Shown here: piece by piece, positions 1-10,739 of the stretch
Numbering within the stretch: the first letter of the stretch is position 1
How the letters are laid out: each line of letters starts with the position of its first letter
NCBI GenBank assembly: GCA_043228905.1
Contig: JBHGNT010000020.1
Span: 11,780,001-11,844,000, forward strand
Length of the DNA: 64,000 nucleotides
DNA from: Azolla caroliniana
Taxonomy: Eukaryota; Plantae; Polypodiophyta
Reading direction: 5' to 3'
Notes under the pieces: generated by a model
Told to the model about the DNA's origin: nothing
Database searches by the model: none
Seen by the model: the letters and a program-made list of their open reading frames with translations, nothing else
Made by a program: the position numbers and the translations under genes

Positions 1-913
1 CAAATTGTCTGTGAAAAAACTTGAGGAATCTGGCCTTCAAGGCATCGAATGTGGCAAAGGTGCCTGATAAGTGCTTTGCATGCCATTGGGCCGCCGGTCC
101 TTCTAAGGTTATGCCGAATTCGGCGATTTTGGATCATTCGGCTTCGGGCTCCGTCAGTCTTTGGGAGATATGGTTGGCTTCCCATGTTTGGAGGAATGCG
201 TACACGTGTGCCTCCGCGTCGGCCTCATCCCGGTACTTTGGGTATGGGTACGGCATCGTGTCGTCCAACTGACTCTCCTGTTCCCTCCGTTCTCTGTCCG
301 CTGTTGGCGTTGGTGTGAGAACCTTTGGTTCCTCCGCGGGTGTTGCCGGTGTCCGGTCCGTTGGTTCCTCCGCGGGTGTTGTCGGTATCCGGTCAGCCTT
401 CCTCGGCGGTTGCCGGTCACCAAATTCCAGGGTTATTTCTTCCTCTGGCGCCGGTGTTACTGAGTCTTCCGACCCCTCGTCCTCCCGGTCGTTTGGTGTG
501 TCGTGGCTGCTTTTATACCGGGATGCAACGCTTCCGTCGCTTTCCGACTCCGCCTCAAGTGTTGCGAATGCTTCCGAGTCCCCGTCGCCCACGGCGAGCG
601 TCTGCAGTATCGTTTTCGCCTCTTGCAGGCTTGTTATGCTACTGCCTTCGTCGGGGATTTGCAGAACCCGGAACTGCAGTGCTTCTTCTGCGACTCTCCG
701 AAGAGTTTTGGAGAATGACCGATCCCGCCGGATCTCGTCGACGGCTTGCTGCAGGGCTTCCCGTCGTTGCTCGCGTTCGGTGTATCGTCTCCCTCGTTCG
801 GTGATGTGGTCGTCATTTGGTCTAGACATCCATCCCCCGGTTGTCCTCTGCACTTTGCAGGAATCGTGGTCGCCAAAATAGTGTTGTCTGTCTGGCTGGA
901 CTAGCCTCAACAC
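1..913 (-). mobile_element. Retrotransposon gag-like pseudo-ORF (probably Ty3/gypsy), continues off the window start
   Basis: ORF 134..913 (-) ends in YPYPKYRDEADAEAHVYAFLQTWEANH. Reading through the TGA at 134-136 (likely CGA>TGA) gives SKIAEFGITLEGPAAQWH...TFATFDALKARFLKFF, a Retrotrans_gag capsid pattern. No LTR identified. Confidence 0.65.
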
Positions 914-1354
914 AGGTGTCTACCCGACACTTCTCCAAAGGGGTGGTAAGGATTGGATGCTAGGTTACACGCATAAGATGATTATAATTAAGCACGGACG
1001 GCAAACAATACGAGATACAGATAAATACACAATAATTACTATTGTATTACTTCCGTCCAAAACTTTACAAATCATCGGATCCTTTTATAGGCATCCGGCA
1101 AGGTTACAATCGGTGCGCTTAGGCAACCGACATCCAAATCGGTTCGGATCCGGATCGGTACAACTGTACCGAATCCGTCCCAAATAATAATTCTACTATT
1201 ACTTCCTATTATCCGATCCGATTCCGCCTTCCCACTTGTCCTTGCTCTTCTGACCGGCCAACAGTGCAACTGCAACTCGGTACTCTAATGGCATGTCAAT
1301 GTCTACCATTCTATTCCAAAGCTCACTTCGTGGTACGGTATCAAAAGCTTTCTT

Positions 1355-1538
1355 GAGAGAGAGCTCTTAACAAGAAAACTGTATATTACTTCCAACAGTA
1401 ACTAAGTTACAAGAGGTCAATTTAAATACCAACTAAACTAGGGTAAGTGCCCTTTCTACTATTTACAAAACTAGCCTGGTATGACCATAAGCTAGTGTGA
1501 AACCTATTACTATGGGAAGTTGAGTTCGACTCTCAACA
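1355..1538 (-). repeat. 3' LTR of copia, truncated at the GA microsatellite
   Basis: Direct repeat of about 7333-7516 with roughly 9 mismatches in about 180 bp (counted by eye). Adjacent to the PPT. Confidence 0.9.
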
Positions 1539-3221
1539 CGCCCCTTCGAACACAACTTCCATCTGTCGAAAAGTTGTTTCGGTTCGGTCAGCGGAATCCG
1601 GCTTCCGGCATTTGTAATCCTCGAACAGGATTGTTTGGCTTTTCGGCTTCGTGCTTGGTTCGATTAACTACGTGTTGCATTTCACGTATCGTTGCATGTT
1701 GCTTACTCGATCAATTGCATATAGTGCGTGTGTCGCTCGCAGTACTCCCCCTCAAGCTCGGCAATGTGGATGTCGTGAGACCAAGATCCGATGTGAATTG
1801 CCCGAGCTTGTCGACTCCTAAGGCCTTCGTAAAAATATTAGCAACTTGGAGGTGCGTACTGATATGTAGTAGATTGATTTCGTCGACCTGTATGCACTCG
1901 TGGATGAAGTGGTAGTGCACTTTGATATGCTTAATACGCACGTGAAATACGGGGTTTCGTGCCAAGTAGATGTTGCTCATGTTGTCGTAGTATAGGTGAA
2001 TCAGATCTTTGATGGGTACGCCCAGATCCTTCAGAATACGCTTGAGCCATACTGTTTCACATGCGGCGACTGCCCACCCCTATATTCGCCTTCAGTGCTC
2101 GATAGTGCGACTGTTGGCTGCTTCTTATTGCTCCAGGAGATCGCTCCGCTACCAAGGGAGAAGATGAATCCGGATGTGGATCGTCTATCCGCTTTGTATC
2201 GTGCCCAGTCCACGTCTGTGTATCTTTCAAGTTGAATGGTCGTATTTGACTAATACATAATGTTGTAATCCATCGTCGTACTAACATACCGGAGTATCCT
2301 CTTAGCGCAATCGAGATGAAAGTTTCACAAATTCTGCATGAATTGACTAAGTAGGCTGACTGAATAACTGAGGTCGGGTCGTGTAATGGTGAGATAGATT
2401 AAGTTGCTGATCTGTTGACGATACTGAGTTGACTTGCACTCGGCTGTGCCAGAATCGGCATCAATCTTGATATTACAATCGAGAGGGGTAGACACAGGTT
2501 TGCACTCGGTCATTCCGAACTTGTACAGAAGGTTGAGAATGTAATGTCGTTGAGAAATTATTATTCCGACTGGTGTCCGAATTACTTCAATGCCAAGGAA
2601 GTAATGGAGCTCGTGCAGGTCTTTCATTTCGATCTGCCGGAAAGAACTGATTTGACCTTGTTAATCTCGGCGAGATCCTTTCCTCCAATGACCAAATCAT
2701 CCACGTAAAGGATGATGACAATTGGGCTATCCGACTCATTTCGGATGTACAAAGAAGTATCGAATTTTGACATTTGAAATCCGATCTGACGAAGATACCG
2801 CGTGATATTCGAGTGCGATGATCATGGTGCTTGTTTGAGGCCGTAGAGAGGCTTCTTGAGTCGGCACACGACGTTCGGATGATTCCGCGATTCAAAACTA
2901 GGTGGTTGGATCATGTACACCTCCTCTTCCAATTCGCCGTGAAAAAAGGCGTTCTTGACGTCCATCTGGTGGAGGTGCCACCCTTTTGCTGCACCGCGAT
3001 TGCAATTACGGTTCACACAGTTGTCATCTTTGCCACGGGGCAAAGGTCTCTTCGTAGTCGACATCATGCGTTTGCGTGTATCCTTTCGCAACAAGCCATG
3101 CTTTAAAGCGATTTATGGAGCCTTCAACATTGTGTTTCACTTTGTAAATCCACCTGTAGCCAATTGCTTTCTTGCTCGGAGGGTGAGGAATGAGATCCCA
3201 GGTCTCGTTTTTGCATAACGC

Positions 3222-3925
3222 TGTCGTAGTGTATTCCACACACTACGTGAAAACCATAAAATAATATATCCGATTTAGATACACATAAATAAATAAATAA
3301 TATATCAAAAGAATTTATCACGTGCATAGGGCAAGATTCGAACCATGCACCTCCACATAGATAAACCCCAACTTTACCATTGTAATACCTTATCTTTAGT
3401 GTTATAAATATAGATTTAATATATATAAGACCTTTATTTACACATACCTTTATTAAAAGGTAAAAATCATGTATTCTTTAGAGTGTGAATATTTTATTTA
3501 CACGTGACATTAAAAGTGGCTCATGCACATCTAGCGTGCATGAGCCCTATATTTAGGAAATGACAAAGCATCACATGCACATTTAATGTGCATGGACACT
3601 TTAGGTGAAAAAGCATGAAGCCATGCTTAGCCTCTGCCATCTTTATATAAGGAGGAGAAAAATATGTATAGGGGTGTTGATTAATATACAAGGATTGATC
3701 AATCTAATATATTCGTGGGATTCACGAATTTTGCCATCTCAATTACTCTTATAATCTAAATATTGTTTTAATTACACTAAACTCGTGGGATTCACGAGAT
3801 TGCTATCTTACTTCTCTTTCCACTATTCATAACTAGCCTTAAGTTGTATTCCTCTTCCTCCTAGTCCAAAACCTCGGCGGTTCCCACCCGACTCACGCAA
3901 CGATCCGGAGCCGAAAGGCACGACA
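3222..3925 (+). mobile_element. Solo LTR A (704 bp) inserted in the copia RT N-terminus; carries a tRNA-like cassette
   Basis: Termini TGTCGT...ACGACA and TSD ACGC (3218-3221 / 3926-3929). Removing it restores the copia frame MNEEMEALCKNETWDL. Orientation inferred from the TATATAA near 3645. Confidence 0.85.
3325..3392 (-). other. tRNA-like Pol III promoter cassette in solo LTR A
   Basis: Minus strand tattacaatggtaaag ... ggttcgaatc, box spacing about 43 nt. Confidence 0.55.
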
Positions 3926-3978
3926 ACGCTTCCATTTCCTCATTCATCGCATCGACCCATCGTGGATCTTGTACAGCT

Positions 3979-4422
3979 TGTCAGAACCAAGGATAAAAGA
4001 TAGAGTGATGGACGAAGGATATTAGAGAACACGAGAAGAAAGGAACCAAATACTAAGAGAAGAATGGATGTATAAGATACAGAAAGAAAGAGAATGGATA
4101 CAAGATATGTAATGAGAGCTAAAGACTGGTGTTGATTCGAATTGATTTGAGAATACATGTATGCCCTTATTTATAGGTTCCAATAGAATAGCTTAGAGAT
4201 TTCTAGAATGTTCTAGAATGTTCTAGACCTAGAATACTCTAGGACATTCTAGAACATTCTAGAATAATCTAGAGTTTTTACAACAATCAATGTAATACAA
4301 GAAGTAGCTTTTATTGTTTCATATAACAATAAGCTATCTTAATGGTTGAGGTTTCCAAGTATGGATTACAACGTTCGAGGTTCAAGTCCGGGTGACGCCA
4401 TAATGGTCATGTGTTCATGACA
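3979..4422 (-). mobile_element. Solo LTR B (444 bp) inserted in copia; carries a tRNA-like cassette
   Basis: Termini TGTCA...TGACA and perfect 5-bp TSD CAGCT (3974-3978 / 4423-4427). Removing it restores REPESLSKAVQDPRWVDAMNEE. Internal TCTAGA repeats and TATAAATA on the minus strand. Confidence 0.9.
4333..4400 (+). other. tRNA-like Pol III promoter cassette (A/B box) in solo LTR B
   Basis: tatcttaatggttgag (A-box-like, 4335) and ggttcaagtcc (B box, 4379), ending ...gacgcca. Box spacing is 44 nt as in tRNA. Acceptor stem not conserved. Confidence 0.6.
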
Positions 4423-7246
4423 CAGCTTTGGAAAGCGACTCCGGCTCCCGTACTGACGCTACCTTCATCATGAATGCATAATGATACGCCATGTACTCGT
4501 CATAGTCGAAACGACTTATAGGGTTCTTTCCACGGGTGGATCGGCGTAGCTCTGCATCCGTGGGGACTATGGCTTTCCTCGCTCCATTTGTGTGAGTGTG
4601 GAGACCTTCAAATTCATTGTCGAGAGAGTGAAGCACCTCAGTCTCTTCCTGATCTTCATATTCCCGCATTTTCGCCTTCCCTTTGTCCAACTTCAAACTC
4701 GGCTGAGAGGTGCTTTGATCGCTTCGCAGCTCTGATGGCCCACTCAGCTTTGTCGAAATTGGGCTGTCTTCGAACATCTATGTGAGTCGATCCTCAGCTT
4801 CTATTTCTATTTCGGCGTCATCCGCGTCGAGCGGAGTTGGAGTCGAAGTATTCTCTGGTGCATACCAGGATGCGTATTCGTTGAAGACTACGTCTCGACT
4901 TGTTCGAACTTTTCGGGTAGATGGGTTGTAGCACTTGTACCCCTTCTGTTCGAGTGAGTATCCTACGAGGATACATTTCTCCGACTTCGGGTTGAATTTT
5001 TGTCGCGTATCGTCAGGAATATGCACGTAAGCGATTGCGCTGAAAATGCGGACATGTGATAAGTCTGGCTTCTTTCCAAAGAACTTCTCATGAGGAGTTA
5101 CGTTGTGTACTCCCGAGGTTGTGCACCTATTCATGAGGTATATGGCCGTGTTCGCCGCTTCTGCCTAGTACGATTTCAGTAGGTTCTTCTCATTCATCAT
5201 AGCCCGTGCGACTTCTACTATGTGTCGGTTTTTACGCTCAACTACGCCGTTCTGCTGAGGTGTGTGACGACATGAGAATTCTCATCGGATTCCTTCCTTT
5301 CAGAGATACGTTGTAAACCCGAAAAGTATTCTTTGCCTCCATCCGATCAAAGGTAGCGTACATTCCGATCTGTAGCTTTTTCGATTTCGGCTTTGAATCT
5401 TTGGAAGTATCCCAACACTTCGCTCTTTTGTTTCATCGGGTAGATCTAGATGTTCCTAGAGAAGTCGTCGATGAACGTAACGTAATATCGGCACCCGTTG
5501 AGTGTGCTTGTCTGGGCCGGTCCCCATACATTTGAATGCACGACATCCAGGATCCCTTTGCTCACTTCTGCTCTTTCGGGAATGGATGTCGGCGTTGCTT
5601 TCCAAACTGGCACACTTCACATACGCCCGTAATCTACTTCACGGTAAAGTTCGGGAGTCCGATTACGACTCCTTTCGATTGCATGTTCTGAAGTGTTTGG
5701 AGATTGATGTGGCTGATTCTTTTGTGCCACAAATTTAAGTCTGTTTCGACTTTGAGACCTTTTGCGAACATGGCTGACTTTATCTCGTTCGATTCGAGGA
5801 TAAACATACGGCCTTCTCGTCGAGCGTGAGCTACGACTTGACCGCCCTTTCGATGAAGCACCAGTCGTTGTTGAATCGTACTTGCATTCCTTGTTCAACA
5901 ATCTGGCTGATTGAGACCAAGTTTTTCATGATGGTGGGGACATGCAATAGATTCTTGAGGTAGGTTTGTTTTCCGTCGTTTCCAAATGGGACATTCTTGA
6001 TATGCTGTATTGGATGAGTCGTGTCATCGCCTGTCTCGACATATTCGGGACGTTCGGGTTTTCGTAATTCCCAAAACCAATCTTCATGAGACGTCATGTG
6101 GTTGGATGCTCCCGAGTCAACAAACCATACATTCACCCTGTGTCGCCATTGAGTGCGTTTGTGCCTCATCGTGAACATTCCGCTACGATCTTCGTAGTCG
6201 GAATTCGATGCGTAATTCGTGAACATTCCGCTACGATTGTTGTAGTCGAAATTCGATGCGTAGTGCGTGAACTGTCGACTAGTTGAATCCGACTCTCGCT
6301 TCTTCATTTGGCACTCCTCTTCGTAGTGATCGAGTTTTCCGCAGTATCCGCATTTGATTGGGTTATTATGGTTGCTTGGTCTGGTGTGATGACTCCCCCT
6401 TTTTCCGAACTCTCTTGGATTGTTCCGGTCTGCTTGCCATTGGTGAGAGTTACGCTCTTGGGTCTACTGACCATGATGGCCTTGTCCGAATCGACCTCTA
6501 TTTCCACGACCGAAATTTCTTCTGTCATCTAACTAGGAGTAGAGCATCTGACCCTCTAGTGTGTTGCTCCTCTGTCGGGCGTGATTTTCCTCGACCAACA
6601 ATATTGACTGGAGATTGAAAAAGGTGGGAGGATTCTCTCTTGCGAGGACGGCGGATCTTATTGCGCTTAATCGAGGTGCCAAGCCTTCGAGGCATATCTG
6701 CACCATTTCTTCGTCGTCAATGACAACATTGATCGACCCGAGGGCATCGCACAGCTCTGATCTTCAAGGCGTAGCTGCCGATTGACATGTCCCTTTGTTG
6801 AATGTCATTCAACTCATGACAAAGTTGGAGCTTGCGGGCAACCGTATTGATCGCGAAGATCTTCTTGAGATTGCCCCATGCTTCTTTCGGCATTTTCGCC
6901 TCTCGAATATAGCCAAGCATGTGACCATGTACACATGATGCAAGGCAATACAACACACGGCTTGCAGCCTGCTCCCATGCTGGGTAGTCGGCGTGTGTTG
7001 GGTTGTGTTGCGTTTCGTGAGCTCCTTTAATATAGCTCTAGTATCCTTGTTCGACAAGGTACTGATGCATCTTGTACTCCCAAGAAACGAAATTTGTCCT
7101 GTCGAGCTTCTCCGTAGGAAGAGCGCTTCCCATTTGAGTATTCATGGTGATTTCTTCTCTATTAAAAAACCGGTTCTATTGATTGTTGGCGTGTACCACA
7201 ACACAATCGAATAGATTCGATTAAGCAACCACACGTTCTGATACCA

Positions 7247-7516
7247 TGTAAAGAAATAGAGTTGGTGGTGTAATGCAACGGAAGATAATTGAGTGTGTGT
7301 GTGTGTGTGTACCGCAAACATAGAGAGAGAGAGAGAGAGAGCTCTTAACAAGATAACTGTATATTACTTCCAACAGTAACTAAGTTACAAGAGGTTGGTT
7401 TAAATACCAACTAAACTAGGGCAAGTGCCCTTTCTACTATTTACAAAACTAGCTTGGTATGATCATAAGCTAGTGTGAAACCTATTACTATGGGAAGTAA
7501 AGTTCGACTCTCAACA
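7247..7516 (-). repeat. 5' LTR of copia, containing (TG)n and (GA)n
   Basis: TGTA...AACA termini, flanked by PBS tctgatacca (7237-7246). Confidence 0.9.
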
Positions 7517-8249
7517 AATACACAACATAGACAGACATGGAGTTGGTAAGATGGAATGTATATGATGCACAATGATTCCTTTTTACCAACTTCACTTCAT
7601 ATGATAGTGTTATGAGATTTGGGCCTTCATACCACTTCCCTATTGTTTTGGAGGTTTACAATAATTCAATTGACATGTACAAATTGTATCTTGGCAAGCC
7701 CCCATTACGTTTTAACTATTCTCTTTTGCTTCAATCTCACTTTTACTCTCTCATGAGTAAATTTTGGTGAAAATTTTTAAACAAGTGGATTGCAATGGAG
7801 TAGAGGCACTGGATATAGCTCTACAAAACATTAAGATCATTCATTGAATGTATGGGTTAATTAATACCCAATGGCAACAAGGTTTTCTTCAATAGTTCTC
7901 TCAAGTCCTCTATAGGTATAATGCCTTATTAATATATGAACCACCATCTGAGGAGCTTTGGTTATCCATAAATCATTATTTCTCATTTGCAATGTCAAAG
8001 AATATCATGTTATGATGCAATAACTCAAGGATGGACATAGATAACCAATGTCAATCTCATTTATTTTTTCAAGAGCTACAACCCACCTGTAGTGGATGTA
8101 ATGTTATACATGAAGCAATGGGATGATTTTTTTTTTTCAAAACAAAATATCCTTCCATTAGTTTTCAAAATACATATCAGCTACAAACTACAAAATAGAT
8201 AGAAAAGAAACGACTATCCCAATGGTTAGCCATGGATCTTTCATTTAAC

Positions 8250-9960
8250 TAAGATCCATCTCAACATCTAATTACATTTTAGTATATCTACCAATGCTCC
8301 CATGTTGCCACCTACTTTCAACATAGAATTGTATAACATCCTCCTTATCATGCTCAATATAGCCCAATAACATAGCAGGCCATTGTAACATATCTCCACT
8401 AGCAATAAATTCTCAAAAAGCTCTCAGGCTTCAATTATTGCTCCACATTTACGATACCAACAAAAGATCTTTTTCCAATCCTTCTTTTGCATTCACCAAA
8501 GCATTGTTAAGCACGATATCCTCCTCCATGAAGAGACCTTTATTTATACTCTCATCATGAATCTTTTCCCCTTTTACACTAAATCCAATGTCCCCAAAAG
8601 CCTTCAAGATGCAAATATTTGTGATCCTACTTGTGAGAGATCCTCACTTTGCATCTTCTTTCTGTGTTGAGCATACCCAGTATAGAGTCCTAACAAGAAA
8701 CTCACCATGCAATTTTTGCGCTTTTTCAAGCATACCACAGTTGACATACCTATCTACCAATGCCTTGCCCAACATAACATCCTTCTCAGAAATCCCCTTC
8801 TAACAATCTGATCATGAACTTGAAATAAACAAAGACCTTATCACATTGTGAAATTCAGTATAACTAGTTCTGAGCTAGGCTGGCAAGCAATGTATTCCAA
8901 GAGACTACAAATCGAGGTGGAACATGGTCCAAAAACCTACTTGAGTAGAGACACATAAGGTGGACTAAAATAATCCATTTTATATCATCATAAGCTTGGC
9001 CACATTGAATACATCCTTTGATGTGAGCATTCCCAATTGCAATAATCTTCGTTAGTAGTTAAGTAACTACTTGTTCAACTTTCACCAGGTCGCCCCATTT
9101 TGCATACATCTAAACGAAGCTACTTCCAAGGTGGGTAATCTTTGCTAGAAAACCTCTTTGGAGAATATGAGAGCCTTTAAAATGCAAATGAAATTATATC
9201 ACAATAGGAGAAAGTCCTTCACTTTGCATACGTTGAAAACATTTCAGTGCTTCAAAACCATCTCTTGAAATAATAATAAAAACTCCAAGGCCAAAAACAT
9301 TGTATTCCACATCCCTATATCTCTAAATCGAAGCTTTGAAAATATTTCTTGTGCCTCACCAAGTAAACCACAAAAAATCTTTGTTGGGCCATGCACAACA
9401 TATCCTGTAATAGATGCATTCCACAAGAGAACATCTCTGTTTGCAAGAGTATCAAATATATCTTGTGCATCTAACAGAGATCAACACCTATCATACATCC
9501 CTATCACATTATTCTCAATACAAATATCACTTTTGAGACCATCCCATACAATCTCTACCTACAGTCTTCGTACTTTCTCAAGGTCTCCTACTCTTCCACA
9601 TGATTTCAAGCATCACAAATATGGTACAGCCTTTGGAATAGTCTCCTCCAACTTCATTTGCCAAATAGATTTGAAAACATCACTAAAAGGTCTATATTCA
9701 ACGTATCCCGCAATCAATAAAAGGTACATAGATATGAACTATTTCAATGCTTCTTCAACATGCTCATGTTCATGTTCAACATAATTTGTAATCAACACAT
9801 TGCAACAAGTTATTCCTTAGATAGAAACCAAAGTAGTTGCGTCCTGAGACGAGCATTATCACCTCCTAGCTATGAAGCATTTCAATCCTTCTTCAGCAAG
9901 CCCATAGTTAGCAACACAGAAGACCCGCTACCAAATGTATACATCCTAATACAACACCTT
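8250..9960 (-). pseudogene. PLS-class pentatricopeptide repeat (PPR) pseudogene
   Basis: Broken minus-strand motifs: MWNASITGYVVHG, EAQEIFSKLRFRDIGMWNTM, KDVMLGKALVDRYVNCGMLEKAQKL. Many stops and frameshifts. Boundaries approximate. Confidence 0.7.
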
Positions 9961-10194
9961 TTGACAATTTGACTCCACCCATCCTCACTAGAAAAAATGA
10001 GAAACCCGCTCCCCAAATTTGAAAGTAAATGAAAACATAATCAAGCCTCCCTATCACTCCCTAGAACTGCTTCATCATCCATTAACATCATCCATCTCTA
10101 CCACTAACTTAGACTAAAAAGATTTTCCTTTAAGGACGGCTTCCTAGTAGCGTACAACTAATGTATCCAACGTTTGTGTCACTCCATATACATG

Positions 10195-10720
10195 CATCCT
10201 CCTCCCATATCATCATCCTTCTCCAACACAAAATTATTTTTATGTTGTTCAAGTATGTGGATGACTTCCCCAAGCAAAGTCAATTCTTAAACCCCCCTCA
10301 ATATCTAGTCTAATAGTACTAGTCAATGTTTCATCCACCATCAACATCTATCTATGGTAATTGCCCACGGCAGTGCACCATAGTCCATCAGCTACACATC
10401 TGTCAACGAATATGAAGTTAGTTATGAAGCATATAAAATAAACATCCCTGCCACTCAATATCTAAATACTTCCTCCTCCCATAACCTCCTCCTTCTCCAA
10501 CAAAGCGCATTATTATGCTTTTCAAGTATATGGATGACTTCCCCAAGCAAAACCAATCCTTAAACCCCCTAAATGTCCAATCTAATAGAAATAGATAAAA
10601 TGCTTCCTCCTCCCATATCACATCCTTCTCCAACAAAAAATTATTACTAGGTTGTTCAAGTCTACGTATTACTTCCCCAAGCAAAGCCAATCCTTAAACC
10701 CCCTCAAGCAAATCCAATCC
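10195..10720. repeat. Three degenerate copies of a ~135-bp unit
   Basis: cctcccata...ccttctccaaca...acttccccaagcaaa...ttaaaccccct recurs at about 10197, 10470 and 10605. Confidence 0.7.
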
Positions 10721-10739
10721 TTAATACTAGTAAATCCTT

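Larger units (their letters stand above)
1355..7516 (-). mobile_element. Ty1/copia LTR retrotransposon, degenerate, with two nested solo LTRs
   Basis: 5' LTR 7247-7516 (TG...CA) and PBS tRNA-iMet (TGGTATCAGA, 7237-7246). Coding relics: gag, CCHC knuckle, protease WFVDSGASNHM, integrase (LWHKRISHIN, SEKCILVGY), RT ([22 protein letters not shown]), RNase H (KHIKVHYHF...ANIFTKAL). PPT at 1539-1548 and partial 3' LTR 1355-1538. Many stops and frameshifts. Confidence 0.93.

Noticed and set aside
4333-4400. Functional tRNA gene ending in CCA
   Set aside because: No acceptor or anticodon stem pairing, and it lies inside a solo LTR. Reported only as tRNA-like.
7520-8110. LINE endonuclease fragment
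   Set aside because: Only a weak YHFPI-like hint. Plausibly part of the LINE relic but too decayed to call.
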